DNA of 64,000 bases from Oligoflexia bacterium. GTDB lineage: Bacteria > Bdellovibrionota > Bdellovibrionia > JABDDW01. A program made the translations under genes and the position numbers. Below, piece after piece: positions 44,403 to 54,018 of this stretch. The DNA lies in assembly GCA_043732305.1 (NCBI GenBank), contig JAYTHU010000094.1, positions 562 to 64,561 of the forward strand, in the 5' to 3' direction. Each line of letters begins with the position of its first letter. Positions within the stretch are counted from its first letter, which is position 1. The notes below the pieces were generated by a model. The model searched no databases and was not told the DNA's origin. It saw only the letters and a program-made list of their open reading frames with translations.

Positions 44403-46495
44403 ATGATCTTTATAAATTCTTTAAAAGTTTCAGCAAATATCTTAAAAACAGTGACATATTCATTGCCTTAGCACTTGTTGGAATTTTGGTGGTCATGTTG
44501 ATCCCCATTCCACCAATTATTGTCGACATGTTTCTTACCCTATCGTTTACAGCAAGTCTTCTGATTTTGCTGACGAGCGTTTACACCAACAAGCCTTTAG
44601 AGTTCAGCGTTTTCCCAAGTATGCTTCTTATCACTACACTTTTTCGATTGAGTTTGAACGTTGCATCTACACGTTTGATTCTCGTTCACGGTCATGAAGG
44701 TCCTGAATCTGCCGGCGGATTGATTCAAGCCTTTGGTAGTTTTGTGGTCGGTGACAATTACGTTGTTGGAATGATCGTGTTTATAATTCTCGTTGTGATT
44801 AACTTTGTTGTTATCACAAAGGGTTCCGGTCGAGTGGCAGAAGTTGCCGCCAGATTTACATTGGATGCAATGCCCGGTAAACAAATGTCCATTGACGCGG
44901 ATTTAAACGCCGGCCTGATTAATGATGAAGAGGCACGCAAGCGCAGAAAATCGATCGAAGCTGAAGCTGACTTCTACGGATCTATGGATGGTGCGAGCAA
45001 GTTCGTTCGCGGAGATGCAATTGCTGGTATTCTCATCACGTTGATTAATATTATCGGCGGGTTGTTGATCGGGGTTATTCAACGTGGAATGGATATTGGT
45101 GCTGCCGCACAAACTTACACTAAGCTCACTATCGGTGAAGGCTTGGTTGCACAAATTCCTGCTCTCATTATTTCTACCGCGGCTGGTATAATTGTCACCA
45201 GAGCATCTTCTGATAAAAACTTGGGAGCGGAAGTCACTTCCCAATTGTTTGTGCATCCTCGAGCCATCGGGATTGTTGCCGCAATTCTCTTTCTATTTGG
45301 ATGTGTTCCCGGAATGCCCAAACTTCCATTTTTTACGTTTGCAATCATGGGCGGAATTTTAGCTTGGGTAATTGATCGCACTCAGAAGGATGAAGCAAAA
45401 GATAAAGTCGCAAAAGCGACCGCTGCCGCAAGCAAACCGGATAAGGAAAAGATTGAAAGTCTGCTCCCCCTCGACATGCTCGAGCTTGAAGTGGGTTATG
45501 GCTTAATAAATATTGTAGATAGCGATCAAAGCGGTGATTTGCTTGAGCGAATTGTCAGTATCCGAAAACAATTCGCCATGGATTTGGGAATTGTTGTTCC
45601 TAGCGTTCACATCAGAGACAACCTGCAACTTCAACCCGGCGAATATCAGATCATGATCAAGGGTGTGAAAGTGGCTGGAGGAGTTCTTATGGCTGACCAT
45701 TATTTGGCGATGGATCCTGGAAACGTCACCCGCGTGATTGATGGTGTGGCCACAGTTGAGCCCGCCTTTGGTCTACCTGCGCTGTGGATTTCTAAACCAC
45801 TTAAAGAAGACGCTGAGATTGCTGGTTACACGGTTGTTGATTTACCCACTGTCATTGCGACCCATTTGACTGAAATTGTTAGAACTCATGCGCATGAATT
45901 AATTGGTCGCCAAGAAGTTCAAAGATTGATCGAGAGCTTCCAGAAAACCAATCCTAAGGTTGTCGAAGAACTCATTCCCAATCTTCTTGCTCTTGGTGCA
46001 GTTGTTCGAGTGTTGCAAAATCTTTTGCGCGAGCAAGTGTCTATCAGAGATCTTCTCACCATCTTTGAAACACTCGCGGATGAGTCCTTGAAAACTAAAG
46101 ACGCTGATCTGCTCACCGAAAATGTCAGACGCGCTCTTGCCCGCGGTATAACTAAGAAGTATACAAATGATGATCAACAAATCCCGGTTATATCGCTTGA
46201 TCGCCGTGTTGAAGAGGCGATTTCGAATTCTTTGCTGCAAACAGAACAAGGTGTGCAGATGGTTTTGGATCCTCAGTACGCTCAGCAAATTCTCAACGCA
46301 GTAACAAAAACAATTGAAACAAATCCGTTGATAGCTGCACAACCTATCCTTTTGACTAGTCCTAGCATCAGGAGACATTTACGGAAACTTACGGAACGGT
46401 TTATCCCTCAGCTCGTGGTATTATCGCATAGTGAGTTGATCCCAACGGCAAATGTCAAATCTGTCGAAGTTGTGAGGTTGAGAGATGCAAGTTAA
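44399..46495 (+). CDS. flhA: Flagellar export gate protein FlhA.
   Basis: 698 aa with an N-terminal 8-TM domain, FHIPLT-like linker and large cytoplasmic domain. ATGA overlap with flhB. Confidence 0.9.
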   Translation: MNDLYKFFKSFSKYLKNSDIFIALALVGILVVMLIPIPPIIVDMFLTLSFTASLLILLTSVYTNKPLEFSVFPSMLLITTLFRLSLNVASTRLILVHGHEGPESAGGLIQAFGSFVVGDNYVVGMIVFIILVVINFVVITKGSGRVAEVAARFTLDAMPGKQMSIDADLNAGLINDEEARKRRKSIEAEADFYGSMDGASKFVRGDAIAGILITLINIIGGLLIGVIQRGMDIGAAAQTYTKLTIGEGLVAQIPALIISTAAGIIVTRASSDKNLGAEVTSQLFVHPRAIGIVAAILFLFGCVPGMPKLPFFTFAIMGGILAWVIDRTQKDEAKDKVAKATAAASKPDKEKIESLLPLDMLELEVGYGLINIVDSDQSGDLLERIVSIRKQFAMDLGIVVPSVHIRDNLQLQPGEYQIMIKGVKVAGGVLMADHYLAMDPGNVTRVIDGVATVEPAFGLPALWISKPLKEDAEIAGYTVVDLPTVIATHLTEIVRTHAHELIGRQEVQRLIESFQKTNPKVVEELIPNLLALGAVVRVLQNLLREQVSIRDLLTIFETLADESLKTKDADLLTENVRRALARGITKKYTNDDQQIPVISLDRRVEEAISNSLLQTEQGVQMVLDPQYAQQILNAVTKTIETNPLIAAQPILLTSPSIRRHLRKLTERFIPQLVVLSHSELIPTANVKSVEVVRLRDAS

Positions 46496-48017
46496 AAAAT
46501 TCGAAGCGAAAACCATTAAAGAAGCACTTCAAATGGTTAAACAAGAATTGGGACCTGAGGCGGTCATCATCAGCGCCAAGGACAACAAAAAATCATTCGG
46601 TCTTGCCGGTGAAGGCAGTGTGGAAGTAACCGCTGCGATCACCGATAAATCTTTGCAGAAAAAACAATATGCGGAAAGCAGACTTTCTCCTCAAGACAAA
46701 GTACGCTTCAATAATCAGACAGCGGAAGTTCAGAAAAAGTTTATTGATAAAACTGTCGGAAAATATCAGGCAAAAAAATCTGCGGCTGTTTCGGAAGCTG
46801 CAAGACGAGCTTCTGGAAAAGCTCGCGCTCGGGCGCTGACTGATCTCATTTACGATGAAGATTCCATGTCAGGCTCTGGGTCGGGTGGCGGTGAAATGCA
46901 AATTCATGCTCGCCCTCAATCCGCAGTGATCAGGCCCACAACGGGACGCCGCTACATCGATATTGCTGATGAAGACGACACACAAATATTAGGACATAGT
47001 GTTGAACAGGCGCTCGAAAATTTTAAGATGCAGGGGCAGAGTTTTCAAGAGTCGGATGTGAGACCCGCGCCGGCAAGGCAGCCAGCGGTTGTCTCTGAAG
47101 ACATGTCAAATCTCAAAACTGAGGTTCAGCAACTGAGATTGCTTTTGAGTCAACTGGCTCAGGCAAACAACACGACGACAAAATCCGTGTCACGCCATCC
47201 AGGTGCCGAGTACGATCTTCCTTTTGAACTAGCCTATCAGTATGAGAAGTTGGCCAACAGTGGTATTGACACTCGCTACATCGTTGAGATTTTAGAAAAA
47301 GCAGACAAAGATCTTACAGGTGTAGATAAAAAGCGCAAGCCCTTGATAGACGCTTGGGTGGCTAGATACATCATGTCCCATACGGATGTGGTGGGACAAT
47401 ATTCCCAAGACGGGGATCCTAAGTTGCATTTGTTCCTGGGGCCTTCAGGACATGGAAAAACAACTATGCTTGTTAAGATGGCAAGTCACTTCGTGATGAA
47501 CGAGAAAAAGAAGGTAGCCGTATTTACGACCGATAATTTCAAAGTTGGGTCTCAGGAGCAGCTGAAAATATTTTGCCAGATTTTAAATGTCCCACTTGAG
47601 AATGTTCGTCACTCTATCGAATTCGAAAAGCTTTCATCTAAATATAATAATTACGATGTGATCTTAGTCGATTATCCAGGATTCGCGCTGAGAGACATCT
47701 CCGAGATCGATCAGTTGAGGGCATTGATGCCTCATCGAGACATTCCTCGCAAGACACATTTGGTCTTAGGCGCCACGAGCAAAGATCTGGATGCTTATGA
47801 AATCACTCAGCGTTACAACGTCACCCAGTATGACAATTTGATTCTGACTAAAGTAGACGAAAGTTTTAATCATGGAGTTCTTTATAACATTCAAAGAAAA
47901 ACCCAGAAGCCCATTTACTGCTTTGGTACGGGCTCGAGGATTCCCGAAGATATTGAAATCGCAACAAAAGAGAGAGTCTTGGATCTGATTTATAAAATAA
48001 CAAAAAATAATTTTTAA
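46485..48017 (+). CDS. flhF: Flagellar placement GTPase FlhF (SRP-type).
   Basis: SRP-family G domain (GPSGHGKTTMLVKMA; DTAG-type motifs; TKVDE) and a long charged N-terminal region. Confidence 0.85.
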   Translation: MQVKKFEAKTIKEALQMVKQELGPEAVIISAKDNKKSFGLAGEGSVEVTAAITDKSLQKKQYAESRLSPQDKVRFNNQTAEVQKKFIDKTVGKYQAKKSAAVSEAARRASGKARARALTDLIYDEDSMSGSGSGGGEMQIHARPQSAVIRPTTGRRYIDIADEDDTQILGHSVEQALENFKMQGQSFQESDVRPAPARQPAVVSEDMSNLKTEVQQLRLLLSQLAQANNTTTKSVSRHPGAEYDLPFELAYQYEKLANSGIDTRYIVEILEKADKDLTGVDKKRKPLIDAWVARYIMSHTDVVGQYSQDGDPKLHLFLGPSGHGKTTMLVKMASHFVMNEKKKVAVFTTDNFKVGSQEQLKIFCQILNVPLENVRHSIEFEKLSSKYNNYDVILVDYPGFALRDISEIDQLRALMPHRDIPRKTHLVLGATSKDLDAYEITQRYNVTQYDNLILTKVDESFNHGVLYNIQRKTQKPIYCFGTGSRIPEDIEIATKERVLDLIYKITKNNF

Positions 48018-48029
48018 TAGGAGAATAAA

Positions 48030-48872
48030 ATGTCAGCAAGGACGTCGGCATTCATCCCTTCGGTGGTGAGACAAACAAGAACTATCAGTATCACTTCCGG
48101 CAAAGGTGGAGTGGGAAAAACCACGGTGGTTGTCAACATGGCAAGCCAACTCGCAAAGCTAGGAAAGAATGTTCTCATTCTTGACGGGGATTTGGGAATG
48201 GCCAATGTGGATATCATGTTTGGAGTTAGGGCAAAATATAATGTTTTGGATTTGCTCAATGGCAATAAACGCATTGACGAAGTTCTTACACAAATAGATC
48301 CACACATTTGGATCTTGCCTGGAGGCAGTGGCCTCACCGAACTTCAAAACTTAAGTGAAATGGAAAAACGTTGCATATTGGATCAGCTCGCAAGTATCAA
48401 ACAAAAGTTTGATTACATGCTGATAGACACTGCGCCTGGCATTGATAGCAACGTCATGTATTTCAATACTTCGGCCCAGGAAATTTGCGTTGTTGTAACT
48501 CCTGATCCTTCAAGCTTTGCTGATGCTTATGCTTTGATAAAAGTTTTGAACACTTATTATCAGGAGAAGAAATTTTCCATCATCGCGAATCAAGTGCGTG
48601 ATGATCAAGAAGGGCTTTCAGTTTTTCAAAAGCTCTCTGATATCAGTCAGAAATTCCTCTACATAAGTCTTGATTACATCGGTTCCATACCAAGCGATGT
48701 CGTTGTGAGGCGCGCAACGAAAGCCCAGCAAATTTGTGTGACTGCTTCACCTGATGCAGTTGCTAGCCAAGCGATCAAACGCGTTGTCGAAAAAATCAAC
48801 ATGCGACAAGACATTGGTCACGTCAAAGGCGGTATACAGTTCTTCTGGGAACAAATCGTTGGCGTAGCATAA
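48030..48872 (+). CDS. flhG: MinD/ParA-type ATPase FlhG (FleN).
   Basis: Deviant Walker A motif SGKGGVGKTT. Position after flhF. Confidence 0.85.
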   Translation: MSARTSAFIPSVVRQTRTISITSGKGGVGKTTVVVNMASQLAKLGKNVLILDGDLGMANVDIMFGVRAKYNVLDLLNGNKRIDEVLTQIDPHIWILPGGSGLTELQNLSEMEKRCILDQLASIKQKFDYMLIDTAPGIDSNVMYFNTSAQEICVVVTPDPSSFADAYALIKVLNTYYQEKKFSIIANQVRDDQEGLSVFQKLSDISQKFLYISLDYIGSIPSDVVVRRATKAQQICVTASPDAVASQAIKRVVEKINMRQDIGHVKGGIQFFWEQIVGVA

Positions 48873-48954
48873 TAATAAAAAAGACCCTTAGGGTTTGAGT
48901 ATTTTTTTGGTAAAATAAGAGCAAGTTTAAGTCTTAAAAAAATCGGGGGCGATT

Positions 48955-49752
48955 TTGAGTAAGGGGTCAAAAACAATGAGCAGTCAACTTCTTCGTAAGT
49001 ATAAAGAAGAACCTAGTAAACTCACATCCATGCAAAAAGATAAATTGATTATGGAATATGCTCCCATGATTAAATATATCGCGCAAAAAATTGCAGTGAG
49101 ACTTCCCTCAAATATCGAATTAGATGATTTGATTTCGAGTGGTGTCATTGGACTCATGGATGCAATTGAAAAGTATGATCCTTCTCGAGACAATAAATTT
49201 AAAACGTACGCTGAGTTCCGCGTTCGCGGCGCCATTTTAGATGAGCTTCGTGCGCAAGACTGGGTTCCACGTAGTGTTCGGGACAAAGCTAAGTTACTCG
49301 ATCGAACTTACGCGGCACTCGAGCAATCACTCGGCCGTGCGGCCACTGATGAAGAAGCCGCAGCTGAGTTAAAAATGAACATGGATGAATTCTATGATCT
49401 CATCAATCAAGTGCGACCGGTTTCGCTTTTATCGATAGACGACGTCAATACATTTTCTAACGTCGATAAAAAATCTATTTTGAATTTGCTTGATGTGACT
49501 AAAGTGAATAATCCTCTGAGCCAATTGAATTTGAAAAAAGTTAAAGAAGTTGTCGCGGTAGCGATTGAAGACTTGCCGGAAAAACAAAGATTAGTTCTTA
49601 GTCTTTATTATTATGAAGATCTCAATCTGAAGGAAATTGGGCGAGTGCTCGATGTCACGGAGAGTCGCGTCAGTCAGTTGCACGCTCAAGCAGTCTCTCG
49701 TTTACGTTCCAAGCTCTCCACTTTTTTTGATCAAGACGAAGAAGCTAGCTAA
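48955..49752 (+). CDS. fliA: Flagellar sigma factor FliA (sigma-28).
   Basis: Sigma-70 region 2 (YAEFRVRGAILDELR), region 3 and a region 4 helix-turn-helix (LKEIGRVLDVTESRVSQLHAQAVSRLR). 265 aa. Position after flhG. Confidence 0.85.
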   Translation: MSKGSKTMSSQLLRKYKEEPSKLTSMQKDKLIMEYAPMIKYIAQKIAVRLPSNIELDDLISSGVIGLMDAIEKYDPSRDNKFKTYAEFRVRGAILDELRAQDWVPRSVRDKAKLLDRTYAALEQSLGRAATDEEAAAELKMNMDEFYDLINQVRPVSLLSIDDVNTFSNVDKKSILNLLDVTKVNNPLSQLNLKKVKEVVAVAIEDLPEKQRLVLSLYYYEDLNLKEIGRVLDVTESRVSQLHAQAVSRLRSKLSTFFDQDEEAS

Positions 49753-49759
49753 AATAATC

Positions 49760-51295
49760 CTACGGTCTGAAGTAGTCGTGCAGCGTAGAAGTGTGCGGTT
49801 GGGGATGGGGCGTGTCTTTGGTTTTTTGTCTTTTCCATTGTGCTAGGTCCGTCACTCTGTAATTTTCTGCAGCTTGATCCAACTCAACTTCTGACATCCA
49901 CAATCCAGATTTTGCATACTGCTCCTGATCCGCTTTTATAATAGGAGCGACCATCATCGCCGCCACTCGTTTCACACCGGCAATCATCGCGATCATTGAG
50001 CTTGGAACATCTGGCGTGTAATCCACAGGAATGCTTGAAATCAAAGATGAGATTCTCCAGGCCCAGGGGATTGATCTTGTTGCCCAAAGAACTTTCGCTA
50101 ATTCAGATTCAACACCATCATGAATTTTGTAACCAAGATCTCCCATCATGTGGAGCATGGCGCGTAAGGTGGAATCTTTTTCCCAAGAGTTTCTAACAAG
50201 TCGCACGTCAGTCCAGTCAGCAGCGATATCAAATCGGGAATCGATTTCCATGTCGGCAGGAACCATCATTGGTCCTTGAGAAATACCAATACCCTTGAGA
50301 AAAGCTTTGTCCTTAAAATCAATGTTACTTTTGTGTTCAGGCAGAATGACGGTATCAGTTGAAGCACTCTTAAAACCTTCGTAAGCGACTTGTTCGCACG
50401 ACATTTTGGTGTGATCGTCAAAATCTAGAGCGTAGTTGTAAGGAATGTAGGTGCCAGTTTGTTTCTTTTGCATCACTAGGTTGTAAATATAATCTGACGC
50501 ATCACTTGCAAGCTGAGGTTCTTTAGCTCGAAGTATAAGAATGCGTGCGTTTTCATTTTTTAGGGCATAGACAAGGTCAAACGTCGCGACGCCTTTACCA
50601 ATATAAGATTCAATAGATTCTGTTTCTGCCCCGACGTGCATAAAAACAATGTGACTGAAGAGTGCGCTTTTTTCCGGCAAGCTTGAGATCAAGCTAGAAG
50701 AATAAAGTGAGACTCCTTTGGTGATCATGATGTCACCATTGCGGAATTTGAATCGCACGTCCTGTCCGTCTAGTCCATTTGCGTAGTGGGCGGGAGAATA
50801 AGTTTGCATCGCTTGAGAGGTGCGATCATAAAGTGGCGCTGGATTTAATGGAGTTTCGAATGTTCCGCCACCAACGGTTTCAGATGCAATCTGCCTGACA
50901 TCACTGGAAGCCGCGTAATAATAAACGCTAATGTAGTCTTCAAGTGCTCGCGAATATCGGAAATAATTTTTCATTTCGCGCGCGCAAACATCGGACATTC
51001 CAGCAAGATGGTTGTGAAACTCTAACCTAGTCTGGAACAAGTTTTCCAAAATAACTTTTCCATCCTGTTCAACTGCCAACCGATCCATATCTTTTGGAAT
51101 GAGAGCTTTTACGTAAGTCACCGCCGGAGTGAGTTCGGCTAAGCAGCGGCTGGGGTCTAAGGAATGAGTGCGAGCAAACGCGAGAAGATTTTCGGAATTA
51201 TTTAATGGTTTGGATAAAAAAGTGTCCGCAAATGAAGTTGAACCAATAAACACAAAGGTCCCAAGCAAAATTAAAACTATCCGCTGTTTTTTCAT
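49760..51295 (-). CDS. Secreted hypothetical protein, co-transcribed downstream of rpoH.
   Basis: 511 aa with signal peptide MKKQRIVLILLGTFVFIGSTSFA. It contains an ordered His (..FSHIVFMHVG..) then Cys (..TKMSCEQVAYEGF..) pair. The stop codon lies only 7 nt from the fliA stop on the opposite strand. Confidence 0.55.
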   Translation of the reverse strand: MKKQRIVLILLGTFVFIGSTSFADTFLSKPLNNSENLLAFARTHSLDPSRCLAELTPAVTYVKALIPKDMDRLAVEQDGKVILENLFQTRLEFHNHLAGMSDVCAREMKNYFRYSRALEDYISVYYYAASSDVRQIASETVGGGTFETPLNPAPLYDRTSQAMQTYSPAHYANGLDGQDVRFKFRNGDIMITKGVSLYSSSLISSLPEKSALFSHIVFMHVGAETESIESYIGKGVATFDLVYALKNENARILILRAKEPQLASDASDYIYNLVMQKKQTGTYIPYNYALDFDDHTKMSCEQVAYEGFKSASTDTVILPEHKSNIDFKDKAFLKGIGISQGPMMVPADMEIDSRFDIAADWTDVRLVRNSWEKDSTLRAMLHMMGDLGYKIHDGVESELAKVLWATRSIPWAWRISSLISSIPVDYTPDVPSSMIAMIAGVKRVAAMMVAPIIKADQEQYAKSGLWMSEVELDQAAENYRVTDLAQWKRQKTKDTPHPQPHTSTLHDYFRP

Positions 51296-51312
51296 AAGAT
51301 CCTCAATTGAAA

Positions 51313-52326
51313 TTAATCAGTAGCGTTATTGATTTTATAGTCGGGAAATACCTTTTGCATGTGTTCGCGCATTCTTAAGAGCACACGCTCTTCTAACTGA
51401 CGTGCTCGTTCACGCGTGATACCAAAATGATCTCCAACTTCTTGTAATGTCAGTGGTGGATCTCCGAGCACCCGTTTTTCTAAAATGTATTTTTCTTTCT
51501 CATTGAGCAGTTTGACGATTTTTTTTATTTCGCGGCGAAAAATAATCTTCTCTTCTTTGCCTGCTAAGGCATCATCGGGTGCCGTCGCGCTATCGTCGGC
51601 TTGATTCTCTAGAAAGGTGCGAGCATTAGAGTCTTCGCCGGAGCCAATGGGAGCATCGAGAGAGAGATCGTGACCGGAAAGTCTTTGTGTCATTTCCACA
51701 ACTTCTTGCTCAGTAACCCCTAAACGCTCACTAAGTACTTTGGTGTTTTGCTTTTCGCCCATGGAATCAAGGCGCGCTTTTTCTTTATTTAAATGATAGA
51801 AAAGTTTTTTCTGAGCTTGGGTAGTTCCTATTTTAACCTGCGAGTAATTTTTCATCAAATACTCTTGAATGTATCCTCTGATCCACCAAACGGCATAAGT
51901 AATAAGGCGCACCCCTTTGTAAGGATTAAACTCTTTTACCGCATGTATGAGACCGACATTTCCCTCTTGGATGAGGTCAATCATTCGTGCGCCAAAGCGA
52001 GAATATTCTGCGGCAACTTTAACTACAAAACGCAGATTGGAAGTCACTAGCAATTCTGCAGATTTTTTATCTCCCGTTTCTTTTACTTTGACCGCAAGCT
52101 CTCGTTCTTGTTCCGGCGTGAGTAGGGGATAGCGTCTGATATCTGCTAAGTATTTTTGAAGTGGGTCTCCACCAACAAGTCCGGGCTCTGAAGCTGCTGT
52201 GTGACTGGGACCATCTTCATGGTCACGATCAACAACTTCAGGGGCAATAGAATATTTCCGAGGCTTAAGTTTTATTGCTGGTTTTTTAGTTACTTTTTTT
52301 AGGGTGGATTTTTTAGCTTTGGGCAT
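51313..52326 (-). CDS. rpoH: RNA polymerase sigma-32 factor RpoH.
   Basis: Sigma-70 regions 2 and 4 plus an RpoH box (TTQAQKKLFYHLNKEKARL, consensus Q[RK][KR]LF[FY]xL[RN]K). Basic N-terminal extension. Confidence 0.8.
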   Translation of the reverse strand: MPKAKKSTLKKVTKKPAIKLKPRKYSIAPEVVDRDHEDGPSHTAASEPGLVGGDPLQKYLADIRRYPLLTPEQERELAVKVKETGDKKSAELLVTSNLRFVVKVAAEYSRFGARMIDLIQEGNVGLIHAVKEFNPYKGVRLITYAVWWIRGYIQEYLMKNYSQVKIGTTQAQKKLFYHLNKEKARLDSMGEKQNTKVLSERLGVTEQEVVEMTQRLSGHDLSLDAPIGSGEDSNARTFLENQADDSATAPDDALAGKEEKIIFRREIKKIVKLLNEKEKYILEKRVLGDPPLTLQEVGDHFGITRERARQLEERVLLRMREHMQKVFPDYKINNATD

Positions 52327-52344
52327 AAGAATAATTCTCGTGGT

Positions 52345-52647
52345 TCAGCCCAAAATTTTGGACAATTTTTCTTTTAATGTGTTCTCCACCGTGGATTTGA
52401 ATGGCGTAAGAAGCAGAGGCAACGTGACAGTCATGGATATTTTGGTGGGACCGTTCCCAACCACTTTAAAATCACATTCAAATTTAGAGCCTTTGACGTA
52501 CCCTGTTTTCGTGGACTTATCGAATTTCCAGTCCAGGTTCGGGTCCAATTTCTTCAGACCATCACTGCTTTCTAGATAGTCGCAAACTTTGTCAAAAGTG
52601 TTATCGAGAGGGAGCTTTGTTTCATGTTCAACTGTAAACTTGGGCAT
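52345..52647 (-). CDS. Small conserved protein (polyhydroxyalkanoic-acid-system-family-like).
   Basis: 100 aa starting FTVEHETKLPLDNTFDKV...LDWKF..GYVKGSKFECDFKVVG....ISMTVTL. This resembles the ~90-aa PHA-system family pattern. It lies 18 nt upstream of rpoH. Confidence 0.45.
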   Translation of the reverse strand: MPKFTVEHETKLPLDNTFDKVCDYLESSDGLKKLDPNLDWKFDKSTKTGYVKGSKFECDFKVVGNGPTKISMTVTLPLLLTPFKSTVENTLKEKLSKILG

Positions 52648-52725
52648 AGAGGAAAGTTATGTTATTTTTCACAAGGGATCAAGCTATTTGACACCCTTTG
52701 CGCAATACGAGTATTCTCGAAAAAT

Positions 52726-54018
52726 ATGTCGAAATCAATGAAAGCTGAGCTAATTAAAGGCCCTAAGGGTATGAACGATGTCGTCGAACCTGAAACTTTT
52801 GCCTGGCGACACGTCGAAAGCAAAATCAAATCTCATTTCGAGAATTTCGGGTTTAGTGAAATCCGCACCCCCATTGTGGAGTACACGGCACTTTTTGCGC
52901 GCGGGGTTGGTGGCGAAACTGACATTGTCAAAAAAGAGATGTATAGCTTTTTGGATCGAAATGAAGAAAGTTTAACTCTCAGACCAGAGGGTACCGCATC
53001 AGTGGTTCGTGCTTTAGTTGAACAGAATTTACTCAACACCGATCCTATTCAAAAGCTTTATTATTTTGGTCCCATGTTTCGATATGAGCGTCCTCAAAAA
53101 GGCCGCTCGCGTCAATTTTATCAGTATGGATTTGAAGTCTTCGGAATTTCCTCTCCGCGAATCGATGCCGAAATTATTTTCATGCTCTATGATCTCTATG
53201 AAAAACTTGGCTTGAAAAATCTGGCCGTTAAAATTTCTTCACTGGGTTGTGAAATTTGCCGTCCCGCTTATTTAGAAAAGTTAGTGGCTGAACTTACCAA
53301 AGTGGAATTGCAGCTTTCTCCGGAGAGCCAGGATCGCCTGAAGAAAAATCCGCTAAGAATTTTAGATAGCAAAAACCCCGTAGACAAAGCGATTGTTGCC
53401 GGTATGCCCGTGATGGTCGATTATCTTTGCGGAGATTGTCTCGCCCATTTTGATTTGGTGAAAAAAGATTTGGAACTTCTAAAAGTAAATTATGTTTTAG
53501 ATAAAACTTTAGTGCGTGGACTTGATTATTACAATCGCACGGTTTTTGAAATCACCAGTGATGATCTCGGCGCGCAAAACGCCGTCGGTGGTGGTGGACG
53601 TTATGATAAACTTGTTGAAGAACTCGGCGGAGCGGCTACACCAGCCGTTGGTTACGCCGGCGGCATGGAGCGTTTGATTTTGCTCTTGGCTCCGGAAGCT
53701 TCCGCGATGGAAAAATTTCGCCCAACACTATCTGCTTTTTTTATTGTTCCGGATGAAGCAGGAAAAGAAAAAGCATTTCTATTTGCAAATGAACTTCGTC
53801 AAAATGGCGTGCGCGTGGAAATTGATCACTCCGCAAGAAGTATGAAATCACAAATGAAAAGAGCCGATCGTTTGAAAGCAAAATATGCTGTCATTATTGG
53901 TAGTACTGAAATTGAAAAGAATTTAGCGGTCGTCAGAAATATGGCGACCAAAGAACAAGTTGAAGTTGAGCTTGGAGAATTAGTGCAAAAAATTATGTCT
54001 TTAGAGAGGAATTTATGA
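52726..54018 (+). CDS. hisS: Histidine--tRNA ligase.
   Basis: Class II aaRS motifs 1-3 and an anticodon-binding domain. Preferred start is ATG 52726 (MSKSMKAELIKGPKGMNDV); the track ORF begins earlier at 52624. Confidence 0.9.
   Translation: MSKSMKAELIKGPKGMNDVVEPETFAWRHVESKIKSHFENFGFSEIRTPIVEYTALFARGVGGETDIVKKEMYSFLDRNEESLTLRPEGTASVVRALVEQNLLNTDPIQKLYYFGPMFRYERPQKGRSRQFYQYGFEVFGISSPRIDAEIIFMLYDLYEKLGLKNLAVKISSLGCEICRPAYLEKLVAELTKVELQLSPESQDRLKKNPLRILDSKNPVDKAIVAGMPVMVDYLCGDCLAHFDLVKKDLELLKVNYVLDKTLVRGLDYYNRTVFEITSDDLGAQNAVGGGGRYDKLVEELGGAATPAVGYAGGMERLILLLAPEASAMEKFRPTLSAFFIVPDEAGKEKAFLFANELRQNGVRVEIDHSARSMKSQMKRADRLKAKYAVIIGSTEIEKNLAVVRNMATKEQVEVELGELVQKIMSLERNL

Noticed and set aside
48873-48954. 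Possible sigma-28 autoregulatory promoter upstream of fliA (TAAA...GGCGATTT) and a weak ACCCTTAGGGT palindrome after flhG.
   Set aside because: The matches are poor (about 5/8 in the -10 element). The palindrome is too short to call a terminator. fliA is most simply read as the last gene of the sigma-54 operon.
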